From Torpedo marmorata (Eukaryota): DNA of 64,000 bases. The stretch covers positions 84,134,001-84,198,000 of the forward strand of contig OZ360231.1 of NCBI GenBank assembly GCA_977017645.1. The letters run 5' to 3'. Below the pieces are notes generated by a model. The model saw only the letters and a program-made list of their open reading frames with translations. It made no database searches and was not told the DNA's origin. Below are positions 24,699 through 35,356 of this stretch, one piece after another. The translations under genes were made by a program, and so were the position numbers. Every line of letters begins with the position of its first letter. Within the stretch, counting starts at the first letter, position 1.

Positions 24699-25105
24699 TG
24701 TTACAAAACCAAACCAGCAACGACAGAAGACGCAATGCAAAAGGGGTAAAATTGAAAATACTATTTATTAAAGACAATTAAACATATAATTGCACATCAA
24801 TTAACCCCACTATAAACATCTATAAACACTATTCTTATCTAAAAGGTGTGTGTGTGTGTGTAAAGCCCAGACCATTACAGTCTGTGCCCAACCCTTATGT
24901 AAAAATGTTAAAACTTTCCCCAAAAACCCCAGGTCAGTCATAGAAAACAAGTCAGTCAAAAAAAGGGATATTACATTCTGCACAATTCACTCTCTAAGTT
25001 CAAGCTTCAAATTCAGCTCTGTGTCTGGTAGAAGTACTTCTGAATGAACGTTGGAGAGAGACAGTGACTGTTTATGCTTACAAATACTTGTTTTCTTCTC
25101 TGATG
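24699..25105 (-). repeat. Partial 5' LTR
   Basis: Matches 19675-~20080, then fuses abruptly to L1 sequence. Confidence 0.9.
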
Positions 25106-26907
25106 CAATGCATTTCTTAGAAACAGCTAAAGCAATTTGCAAAAATTCTATTTGATACATATTTAAATTCATCTTAATAACTAATTCTTTTAATATCTCC
25201 AAACAAAAATATAATATGTTCCATTGGAAGTGTAATACTTAATACTTTACCTAAATATTTTTTTAACTTTCAACCAAAAGTCATATATCTTTGGGCAGAA
25301 CCATGTAGAATGTACAAAGGAACCTTCCTCTCTATCGCATCTAAAACATAAACCAGATAATGTCGGATTAAATTTCTTTAATTTTTTAGGTGTTAAATAT
25401 AATTGCTGAAAAAAATTATATTGCACTAATCAAAATCTAACGTTGATAATCTTTGTCATACTTAGTTTACATAATTCTTTCCAACGTTCTTCATCTATTG
25501 TTACATTCAAATCTGGTTCCCATTTTAATCTTGATTTATGAATTCCTACTTTAGGCATTTTTCTCTGTAACAATCTATACATTTGAGAAATAAATTTATT
25601 TACACCTCCATTATTAACTAATAATTCCAGTTCATTTTGTCTTGGTAAAGTCAAACTGTAACCCAGATTTTCAACTAAAAATGCTCTGATTTGATAATAA
25701 GCAAAAAGTGTATTATTTAATACATTAAACTTTTCTTTCATTCTTTGAAAAGTAATAAATTTTCTAGCTTCAAAACAATCATTTACTTTCTTAATTCCCT
25801 TTTGGAACCAAATCTTAAATAATTGATTATCAACAGTGAATGCAATAAGTTTATTTTGATATAAAGGCATATTTCGATAAATTAACTCTTTCCCTCCTAT
25901 CTCCCTATCCACTCTATTCCATATTTCTAACAAATGTCTAAAAATAGGAGAATTTTTCCCTCTTAATAATAATTTAGAATTCTATTTATAAGTAACTACT
26001 TTCAAATTTTCTCCTATATTATTTAATTATAATCTAATCCAAGCAGAAGATTTTCCTAAATCAAACATTTCATTAACAAATTTTTATTGAGCTGCTTTAT
26101 AATAATTTTGAAAATTAGGAAGTTGTAAACCATCCATTTCATAATTCCAAGTTAATTTCTCCATACCTACTCTAGCCAACTTTCCTTTCCACAAAAGCTT
26201 CCTAATAATCACATTTAAATCTTTAAAGAATTTTGTAAGGAATTGATTGAAAAAAATATTGAATTCTTGGAAACACATTCATTTTAATACAATTTACCCT
26301 TCCAATTAAAGTTATAGGTAAATCCTTCCAACTCTCTAAATCTTTTTTAATTTTGATAAATAATGGTAAATAATTTAATTTATATAAATTATCTAATTTT
26401 GTATCAATCTTTATCCCCAAATATTTAATTCCTTCCTTTGACCACTTAAATTGTGTAATTTCTTTACATTTACTGTAATCCCCTTGTGTTAAAGCCATAA
26501 TTTCACTTTTATCAGAATTAAATTTATAACCAGATGTTTCCCTGTATTCTTTCAATAAAACATTCAATTGTATTAAAGTAATAGGTTTTGTCATATAAAT
26601 CAATACATCATCTGCAAATAAACTAATTTTATGCTCTTCTCTTCCAACTTTAATACCTGCAATCTTAATATCTTGTCTAATTAATTATGCCAAAGGTTCT
26701 ATAGCTAAAATAAACAATGCTGGTGACAAAGGACATCCTTGTCTAGTTGACCTAGTCAAAGAAAATTTTAAAGTAATTTGTCCATTTGTCACCACTCTTG
26801 CAGAAGGTTCTTTATATATAGTTTTAATCCAATTAATAAAAGTAGTTCCAAAACCAAATTTTCCCAATACTTAAAATAAATAATTCCACTCTAATCTATC
26901 AAAAGCC
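25106..26907 (-). mobile_element. L1 (family A) internal ORF2 fragment, both ends missing
   Basis: ORFs 26685-26867 (TRQGCPLSPALFILAIEPLA), 26223-26603 and 25430-25933 homologous to 3638-5386. Confidence 0.9.
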
Positions 26908-27129
26908 TCTGTTTCGCCCCCTCCGTTTCGACCCCTGTTTAAAATTCTCAATATCAACCTCTCTGCTGCAACCCCTCGAGGGTTTGAAGCAGGTTGAAAG
27001 AGAGGGGATGAAACGGGTCAAAAGGGAGGGGTCGAAAGGGGCTGGAGCAGAGAGGCTGGTTCAGAGGGGTTGCAACCGGGGGGTTGAACAGAGGGAGGCA
27101 CCACACTAGTCTAGAGTGCCTCTTTCAGC

Positions 27130-27658
27130 CACAAAAATGCCTATCTATGCCCCTGACACGGTCAGGAACCCTTAAGCGCCTTCGGCACCCCCTTGCATTC
27201 CGGTTCCCATACTTGGTACTCCTCCAGCCAGATCGAGCCAGCCTCCTGCAGTTCGCAGCCTGGCGCGAGTCTCCCGACAGCAGTCTCCAGCAGCCCACAG
27301 CCTCCGCGGGTTCCTCGCCTCAAGTCGCCAGCAGCCCGCCGCATGAATTGGTCTTCCAGCCGCAGGACCCCCTCACTCGTCCGCCGCCATAGTCACAGTC
27401 CTATGGGTCATCGATGGTTCGGATCTGGAGCACGGGTTGCCAATGGTTTGGACTGGACTCTGTGTGGCTGCGGAGGTGAATCTACGGACACTGGGTGACT
27501 CTGGGGGGGACTCTCTTTTGCTTCTCTTTCTCTGACTGTAAGAGGTGCTTCAGGCAATTTTTGCTGATGGTGAATCTGTCTGCCTTTCAGCAGGCAAAAG
27601 GAATTTTGAGTAATATGACACTGTTTTGTTGCAAGACAATAAATTTAATCTTGAATCC
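27130..27658 (+). mobile_element. Non-autonomous retroposon with GC-rich body and Rex1-type tail
   Basis: Tail GGTGAATCTGTCTGCC...GCAGGCAAAAGGAAT...GACAATAAATTTAATCTTGAATC resembles the Rex1 tail at 48020-48097; no coding similarity seen in the body. Confidence 0.5.
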
Positions 27659-27659
27659 T

Positions 27660-27940
27660 CCGTCACTCCAAGGAGAAAAGACTAAGTTCACTCAATCTAT
27701 CATCATAAGGCAGGCTCTCCAATCCAGGCAACGCCATTGTAAATCTCCTCTGAACCCTCTTTATAGCACCCACGTCCTTCTTGCAGTGAGGTGACCAGAA
27801 CTGAACACAATATTCCGAGTGGTATATAACTAAGGTCTTATGTAGATGCAACATTATCTCACAGCTCTTGAACTCAATCCAATGGTAAATGAAGCCAACA
27901 CACCATCCACCATCTTAACAACTCCATCAACCTGTGCATA
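27660..27940 (-). mobile_element. CR1 3' fragment
   Basis: ORF 27663-27854 (EYCVQFWSPH...RVQRRFT). Confidence 0.85.
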
Positions 27941-27942
27941 GA

Positions 27943-29215
27943 ATGTGGATAGCCTCTCCAGGAAAGGGGCCATACTAGACAAGGTCTTACAAAATATGCC
28001 CAGCCAGATGACTGGAGTTGGGAATAGTGATCACAGTTCAGGTTTCAAGATAGTCATAGACAAGGATAAGATTTGGCCTTGGAGAAAAATACTGAATTGG
28101 TGGAGGGCAAATTATGCCATGATTAGAAAGGAGCTTGGTGGAGTTAATTGGGAGCGTTTGTTATCAGGCAAGACCACAACTCACATGTGGGAGTTGTTTA
28201 AGCACCAATAAATTTGAGTCCAGCACCAGCATGTTCCAGTGTGAAGGATCGATAAGGATGGCAAGGTCAGAGAACCTTGGATGATGAGAGAGGTCAGGAA
28301 CTTGGTCAAGAAAGAAAAGAAGGCATATGTAAGGTTCAGGAAGGTACAATCAGACAGAGCCCTGGAGCATTATGAAGATTGCAGGAAAGAGTTTAAGCGG
28401 GGCATTAGGAACGCCAAAATGGCCCCATAAAATGTCAATGGTAAGCTGGATTAAAGAAAATCACAAAACATTTTATACTTGGATGAAAAACAAGAGGATG
28501 ACTAGGGAGAGGAGAGGACCATTCAAGAGGAAAGGAGGTAATATATGCTTGGTGTCAGAGAAAGTGGGCAAGGTATGAAGTGACTACTTTGCATCAGTGT
28601 TTACCATAATAAGGAGCATAATAAGGAGAATGTTCATATATTGGGGCATTTTGAGATCAGGAAAGAGGTGGCATTGGGTCTTTTGAGGAAAATTAATGTG
28701 GATGTCCCCTGGACCTGATAGGATATATCCCCAGTTATTAAAAGAGGAGAGTGAAGAGATTACGGGGGACTTAACAAAGATCTATGCAGCCTCACTAGCG
28801 ACAGGAGATGTTGCAAAGGACTGGAGAGTGGCTAATGTTGTACCTTTGTCAAGAAAGGAAATCAGAATACTTCAGGAAATTGTAGACCTCACATCAGTGG
28901 CAGAGAAGCTATTGGAAAGTCAGATTAGGGACAGTCAACATGACTTTGTGAGGTGCAGGTCATGTCTTAACAATTTAATTGATTTTTTAAGGAGGTGACA
29001 AAGATAGTTGATGAGAGTAGAGTAGTGGATGTTGTATACATGGATTTTGGTAAGGTGTTTGAGAAGGTCTCTTATGGTAGGGTGATTCAGAAAATGCAGA
29101 TGCATGGTATCCATGGGGAGTTAATAGTTTGGATACAAAATGTACTGGCCCATAGAAGACAGAGGGTTATTCAGGCTGGAAGTATCTAACCAGTAATGTT
29201 CCACAGGGATCAACA
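27943..29215 (+). mobile_element. CR1 ORF2 fragment (endonuclease end to RT), decayed
   Basis: GNSDH, SPGPDRIYPQLLKE, DWRVANVVP, VYMDFGKVFEKV. Confidence 0.85.
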
Positions 29216-29476
29216 GGGGGGGGGGGCTGAGCGGGCTGAGCTGCGGGGGAAGGGGGGCTGAGTGTGGGGGGGGGGAAGAAGTTTCCCTGATATGCCACCT
29301 CTTGCAGGAGGAGTAAACCTCTGCTCTGATTGACATCCCCACTGCACTGAGCTTAGCTGCACTGTCTGAGAATCTGAAAGACCTTACCCATTCTTACCTG
29401 ACCCTCTGCTCAGCCCTCTTTGCTGAAGCTCTCCTCTGCATTTAACTCAATCACAGCACTTACCCTCAATCACTGC

Positions 29477-30287
29477 TGTTACAAACTCAAACCAGCAACG
29501 ACAGAAGACGCAATGCAAAAGGGGTAAAATTGAAATTTATATTTATTAAAGACAATTAAACATATAATTTCTTAACCATTAACCCCACTATAAACGTCTA
29601 TAAACACTATTCTTATCTTAAGTGTGTGTGTAAAGCCCAGACCATTACAGTCTGTGCCCAACCCTCATGTAAAAATGGAAAACCTTCCCTAAAACCCCAA
29701 GTTGGTCATAAAAATAAGTCAGTCCCAAAAATACAGTCCACAAAAATCACTCTATGTTCAGGGTCCAAATTCAGCTCTGTGTGCTGGCACGAAGGACTTC
29801 TTAATGAACGTTGGAGAGAGAGACAATAACTGTTTAAACTTACCAATGCTTGGCCTGCTTTTCTTTTCTGATGACTTTCCCTTTTGGTAGATACACGAGG
29901 ATTGCGATTCCAAATCAGTTTTGGATTGAGGTGTATATTTGGATCTCACAGCCTGTCTCGCTGATCTCACGCCTGTTCTCCATGAAAGTTGTTTTTACTC
30001 AGGATTTTGCTATTCTCCCAGCCTTTTCCCCTGGGATGCACAAGCCTGGATTTTGCTGTGTTCTCCAGCCTTTGCAACTCCAAACAACTGAATGCCTTTT
30101 TGCAGAAGTTTGCACCTGCTTTTGCAAAAGTGCAACAAAGTATCTTTCCACAGCCTGTTTCTCTCTGAGTACACCCCGTCCTAGGCAAGTTAACTCTTTC
30201 AGTACCTGGTCCCAGTGTGTACTCCAAAAGACTTCATCCTTCCTGCTGACCGTGCGCACTCCAAATGGTCAGTCATGGTCCATAACA
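29477..30287 (-). mobile_element. Solo LTR of the Gmr1-like family; 4-bp TSD CTGC
   Basis: TGTTAC...ATAACA homologous to 19675-20600; CTGC at 29473-29476 and 30288-30291. Confidence 0.92.
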
Positions 30288-31655
30288 CTGCCAAACCCAA
30301 AATGGCTGTTCCAACATGAAGGTCTACATTCTGCCAAATGATTTTTATTTCAGTTGTTTGTTGCCTTTTAAAATTTTTCAAGGGTTATTTAAAGTTCAAG
30401 TTAAGGTTTATTTGTCATCCGATTTACAATACAACCCAATGAAACAGTGTTCTCCGGTCTATGGTGCAGAACAGTTCGAACGCATGTACAGACATAGCAC
30501 ACATACAGACAAATGACACATATACACAGTAAATGTGTACATACGTTAAAATAAATATTCTTAATAAATAGTAGTCACGGAGAGTTGTTTTAACAGTCAT
30601 TCAGCAGTCTCACTGCCCGTGGGAAGAAGCTGTTCCTCAGCCTGGAGGCTCTGGCTCTAATACTCTATATCCTTTTCGTTACGGGGGTAGCTGGAAGATG
30701 CTGTGTGCGGGGTGGAAGGGGTGGAAGGGGTCCTCCCTGATTTAGCGAGCTCTCTTTAAACAACGATCCGGTAAATCACATCGATGTGGGGGGAGTGATC
30801 CTCTCTGCCACTTTTATGGTCCTGTGGATTGGCCTCTAATCTGTATAGCATCCGTACCACACTGTGATGCAGCCGACCAGGATGCTCTCAATAGAGCTCC
30901 TGTAGAAAGTTGACTGAATGGTGGCTGGTAGCCTTGCCCGCATCAGCCTTCTAAAGAAGTGCAGTCTGGTAAATCTCCAGGGCCAGACGGATTTCCTGTA
31001 TAATTTTATAAATCTCTCTCTTAACAGCTTGTACCTCATCTGAGTGTGGTATTGGGTGATTTATTTAATGAGTGGAAGCTTCCTGCATCATTTAACGAGG
31101 CTAGTATTTCTTTAATTCTTAAAAAGGGTAAAGAATCGACTGTGCATCTTATAGACCCATTTCATTACTCAAAGTGGATATGAAGATTTTGTCCAATGTA
31201 TTAGCACATAGATTCGAAAATATTTTACCTTTAATTATCGATTCAGATCAGACTGGTTTTATTAAAAATCGTTATTCTTATTATAATATTAATAGATTGT
31301 TGAACATTTTATATTTACCCTCTCCTCCAGTGACAGAATGTGTTCTTTCATTAGATGCTAAAAAAGCGTTTGATCGGGTGGAATGGGAATATTTATTTGC
31401 TGATTTAGATCAATTTAATTTTTGTTCGTATTTTATTAAATGGATTAAGTTTTTGTATTCTTGCCCTATGGCCTCAGTTTGATCTAATTTACTACAATCA
31501 AATATGTTTCGGCCTAATAGAGGAAATCGTCAGGGTTGCCTGTTAAGTCATAAAACATGAAAATCTGTAGACACCATGGTTGAAGTAAAAACACACAAAT
31601 GCTGGAGAAACTCAGCAGGTCAAACAGTGTATTTTATGTAGCAAAGGTAGAAATA

Positions 31656-31696
31656 CATAACCGACGTTTCGGGCTTGAGCCCTTCAACAAAGTATG
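31656..31696 (-). ncRNA. Minimal hammerhead motif, core mutated (TTGTTGA)
   Basis: catact-TTGTTGA-A-GGGCtcaaGCCC-GAAACGTC-ggttatg. Confidence 0.5.
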
Positions 31697-31881
31697 AGAA
31701 AATGCCGGCAGCTGTCCAAAAAAAGAGTGAGGGGGGAAGGGGATGTGGCAAAGGTAGGAGATGATAGGTGGAGAAAGGAGGGAGGGGACAGCAGCAAAGA
31801 GGGGGAGGAGGGATGGCTGGGTGGGTGGAAAAAAACAGGAAGGACAGGTGAGGGGGGAGGGGAAGGAAACAACAATCAGGT

Positions 31882-34034
31882 TTAGTGGAAAGCAGAAAAG
31901 TCAATGTTAATGCCATCTGGCTGGAGAGTGCCCAGAAGGAAAATGAGATGTTGTTCCTCCAATTTGCGGGTAGTCTGGGTGGGATAGTACATGAGGCCAT
32001 GGACAGACATGTGAGTGTGGGAGTGTGACCCGGAATTGAAATGGTTGGCTGCTGGGAGGTCGCTGTTGTTGTGGATGGAGAGGAGGTGCTTAGAAATGCG
32101 ATCTCCCAATCTATGACCGGTCTCTCCGATGTAGAGAAAGCCACAAAGGGAGCACCAGATGCAGTAAGTAAGTTCTCTGGATGTACAAGTGAAGTGTAGT
32201 TTCACTTGGAAGGCCTGTTTGGGGACCCGGACCGTGGTGAAGGGGGAGGTGTGGGCGCAGGTGTTGCACCTCCTGTGGGCACAGGAAGGTGCCTGGGGTG
32301 CGATGGGTGGGGAGGGATGAGTGCACGAGGGAATCGCGGTGGGAGCAGTCCCTGTGGAAGTCCGAGAGGGGAGGAGAAGGAAAAATGTGTCTGGTGGTGG
32401 GATCCTGTAGTAAGTGCCGGAAATTCCGGCGGATAATGTGTTGGATGCAGAAGCTGGTGTGGTGGTAGGTGAAGATAAGGGGGATTCTATGTTTGTTGCG
32501 TCTGGGGGCAGAGTGGGAAATGGAGGAGATGCAGGTGAGGGCTGAGTTGATGGTGGCGGAGGGGAAGCCACGTTTGTAGAAAAAGGCAGACATTTCAGAA
32601 GATCTGGACGGGAACACCTCATCTTGGGAACAGATGCGGCGGAGGCGGAGAAATTGAGAGAAGGGGATGGAATCCTTGCAGGGGACAGGGTGTGAGGAAG
32701 TGTAGTCCAGATAGTTGTGGGAGTTGGAGGGTTTGTAGTAAATGTCGGTGGAAAGCTTCTCTCCTGAGATGGAGACAGAGAGGTCCAGGAAGGGGAGAGT
32801 ATTATTGGAGATGGGCCAGGTGAGTTTGAGATCGTGGTGGATGTTGGATGCGAAGTGGATGAAGTTCACAAGCTCATCGTGGGTGCGTGATGCAGCCCCG
32901 GTGTAGTCGTCGATATAATGGAGGAAGAGATGAGGGGTCTTCCCTGTGTACACTTTCAGCATGGATTGTTCCACAAAGCCCACAAACAGGCAGACGTAGC
33001 TGGGACCCATGCGGATACCCATGACTACTCCTTTGATTTGGAGTAAGTGGGATGAGTTGAAGGAGAAGTTATTGAGAGTGAGGACAAGTTCTGCCAGGCG
33101 GAGGAGGGTGGTGGTAGAGGGTGACTGGTCGGGTCTTTGGTCCAGGAAGAAGCGAAGTGCTTTCAGACCTTCTGTGTGGGGGATAGAGGTATAAAGGGAT
33201 TGGACATCCATGGTGAAGATGATGCAGTCTGGTTCAGGGAATCTGAAGTCATTGAGGAGATGGAGGACATGTGAGGTGTCACGGATGTAGGTGGGGAGGG
33301 ATTGGCCCAGGGGAGAAAAGATGGAGTCAAGGTAAGATGAAACTAGTTCGGTGGGGCAGGAGCAGGCAGAAACAATGGGTCTGCCCGGATGGTTGGGTTT
33401 GTGTATCTTGGGTAGAAGGTAGAAACGGGCAGTGCGGGGGTGGAGGAGAATGAGGTTGGTGTCCGTGGAGGGGAGGTGACCGCAGGTGATGAGGTCGGAG
33501 ATGGTGTTGGAGACAGTGGATTGATGTGCAGTGGTGGGGTCCTGTGGGAGCGGTCGGTAGGAGGAGGTGTCTGAGAGCTGTCGACTGGTCTCGGCAAGGT
33601 AGAGGTCAGTGCGCCGGACCACAACCCTTGTCTGCGGGTTTGATGGTGAGGTTAGGATTGTTGCGGAGAGAGTGGAGGGCAGAGCATTCTGAGGAGGTGA
33701 AGTTGGAATACGAGAGGGGGGTGCTGAAGTTGAGACGGTTGATGTCTTGGCGGCAGTTGGAAATAAAAATGTCCAGAGCGGGCAGCTGGCCAGGACGAGG
33801 TGTCCAGGAAGAGGAAGAAGGCTTGAAGCGGGAAAAAGGGTCTTGCGTGGGGGGTGGAGAGTCACGGTCATGGAAGTGAGCCCGGAGGCAGAGGCGACGG
33901 AAGAAGAGTTCGGCATCACGGCGTGCGCGAAACTCGTTGAGGTGCTGGCGGAGGGGGATGAAGGTGAGGCCTCTACTGAGGACCGAGCACTCCATCTCAG
34001 AGAGGGGAAGGTCGAAGGGGATAGTAAAAACCAA
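31882..34034 (-). pseudogene. Penelope-like RT plus GIY-YIG endonuclease (frameshifted)
   Basis: IKPADKG, FYLLPKIHK...GRPIVS, MDVQSLYTSIP, GVVMG...GPS, YIDD; Cys linker CAHRRCNTC; TYCIWCSLCGFLYIGETG. Confidence 0.92.
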
Positions 34035-35315
34035 GCAGGGGTTAAAGAGGGGATCGGTGTTGTTGAGGTTGTTGGGAGGTGGGGGAGGTTGGAGGGCGGA
34101 GGAGGGGGGGAGGGGGGTGTCGGAGTGGGGAGGTGGGGGGAGGTAGGAAGGTGTGAGAGGGGGGTAGGGAGGTTAGCCAGAGAGGGGGGGGAGGGATGAG
34201 CTCTGAGGGTTGGGTAGGAAAGGGGGGCAGAGAGGGGGAGATGGGGGTGGAGTAGGGAGAGGTGTTGGAGGATAGGGAAGGAGTAGTGAGGGGAATAGGT
34301 AAGTGGGATCTTGTAGCGAGATGAGGACTCCAGTGGCAGTAGGCGTGGGAGGCTCCAGCAGGTAACAGTCTGTGTCGGGATTCAGCAGTGGAGTCATCGG
34401 GAGCTCTGGTGATTAGGGGCCCGGGCTGGAGTGGGCAGCCGTGGCGTCGGGAGTGCCATCGTGTCGGCGCCTGGGGCGCGGGTAGATGCAACAAACGGTG
34501 CTGGGGTATACGCGGGTACACGCAACAAACATAGAATCCCCCTCATCCTCACCTACCACCCCACCAGCCTCCGCATCCAACACATTATCCGTCGGAATTT
34601 CCAGCACTTACTACAGGATCCCACCACCAGACACATTTTTCCTTCTCCTCCCCTCTCGGCCTTCCGTAGGGACCGCTCCCTCCGCGATTCCCTCGTGCAC
34701 TCATCCCTCCCCACGCATCGCACCCCCGGAACCTTCCCCTGTGCCTGCAGGAGGTGCAACACCTGCGCCCACACCTCCCCCCTCACCACGGTCCGGGGCA
34801 CCAAACAGGCCTTCCAAGTGAAACTGCACTTCACTTGTACATCCAGAGAACTTATTTACTGCATCCAGTGCTCCCTTTGTGGCTTTCTCTACATCGGAGA
34901 GACCGGTCGTAGATTGGGAGATCGCTTTGCTGAGCACCTCCTCTCCGTCCGCAACAACAGCGACCTCCCGGTAGCTAACCATTTCAATTCCGGGTCACAC
35001 TCCCAACACTCACATGCCTTATGTACTATCCCACCCAGACTACCCGCAAATTGGAGGAACAACATCTTATTTTCCGTCTGGGCACTCTCCAGCCAAACGG
35101 CATTGACTTTTCTGCTTTCCACTAAACCTGCTTGTTGTTTCCTTCCCATCCCCCCTCACCTGTCCTCCCTGTTTTTTTTCCACCCACCCAGCCATCCCTC
35201 CTCCCCCTCTTTGCTGCTGTCCCCTCCCTCCTTTCTCCACCTATCATCTCCTGCCTTTGCCACCCACCCCCCCTACCCCCTCACTCTTTTGTTTGGACGC
35301 CTGCCGGCATTTTCT

Positions 35316-35356
35316 CATACTTTGATGAAGGGCTAAAGCCCGAAACATCGGTTATG
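35316..35356 (+). ncRNA. Minimal type I hammerhead ribozyme motif
   Basis: catact-TTGATGA-A-GGGCtaaaGCCC-GAAACATC-ggttatg. Confidence 0.6.

Larger units (their letters stand above)
19675..25105 (-). mobile_element. Gmr1-like Gypsy LTR retrotransposon (order gag-PR-IN-[RT deleted]-RNase H), 5' LTR truncated
   Basis: LTR copies start TGTTACAAAACCAAACCAGC at 19675 and 24699; polypurine tract (PPT) GGGTGGGAGG at 20601-20610 (minus); tRNA-Pro PBS; integrase precedes RNase H. Confidence 0.93.

Noticed and set aside
32111-33919. Telomerase-like or domesticated RT gene
   Set aside because: Frameshifted, linked to GIY-YIG, and bounded by pLTRs and a TSD: an ordinary Penelope-like copy
34042-34521. 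Pro-rich or Gly-rich ORFs as host proteins
   Set aside because: Low-complexity G/C-skewed 5' region of the Penelope-like element
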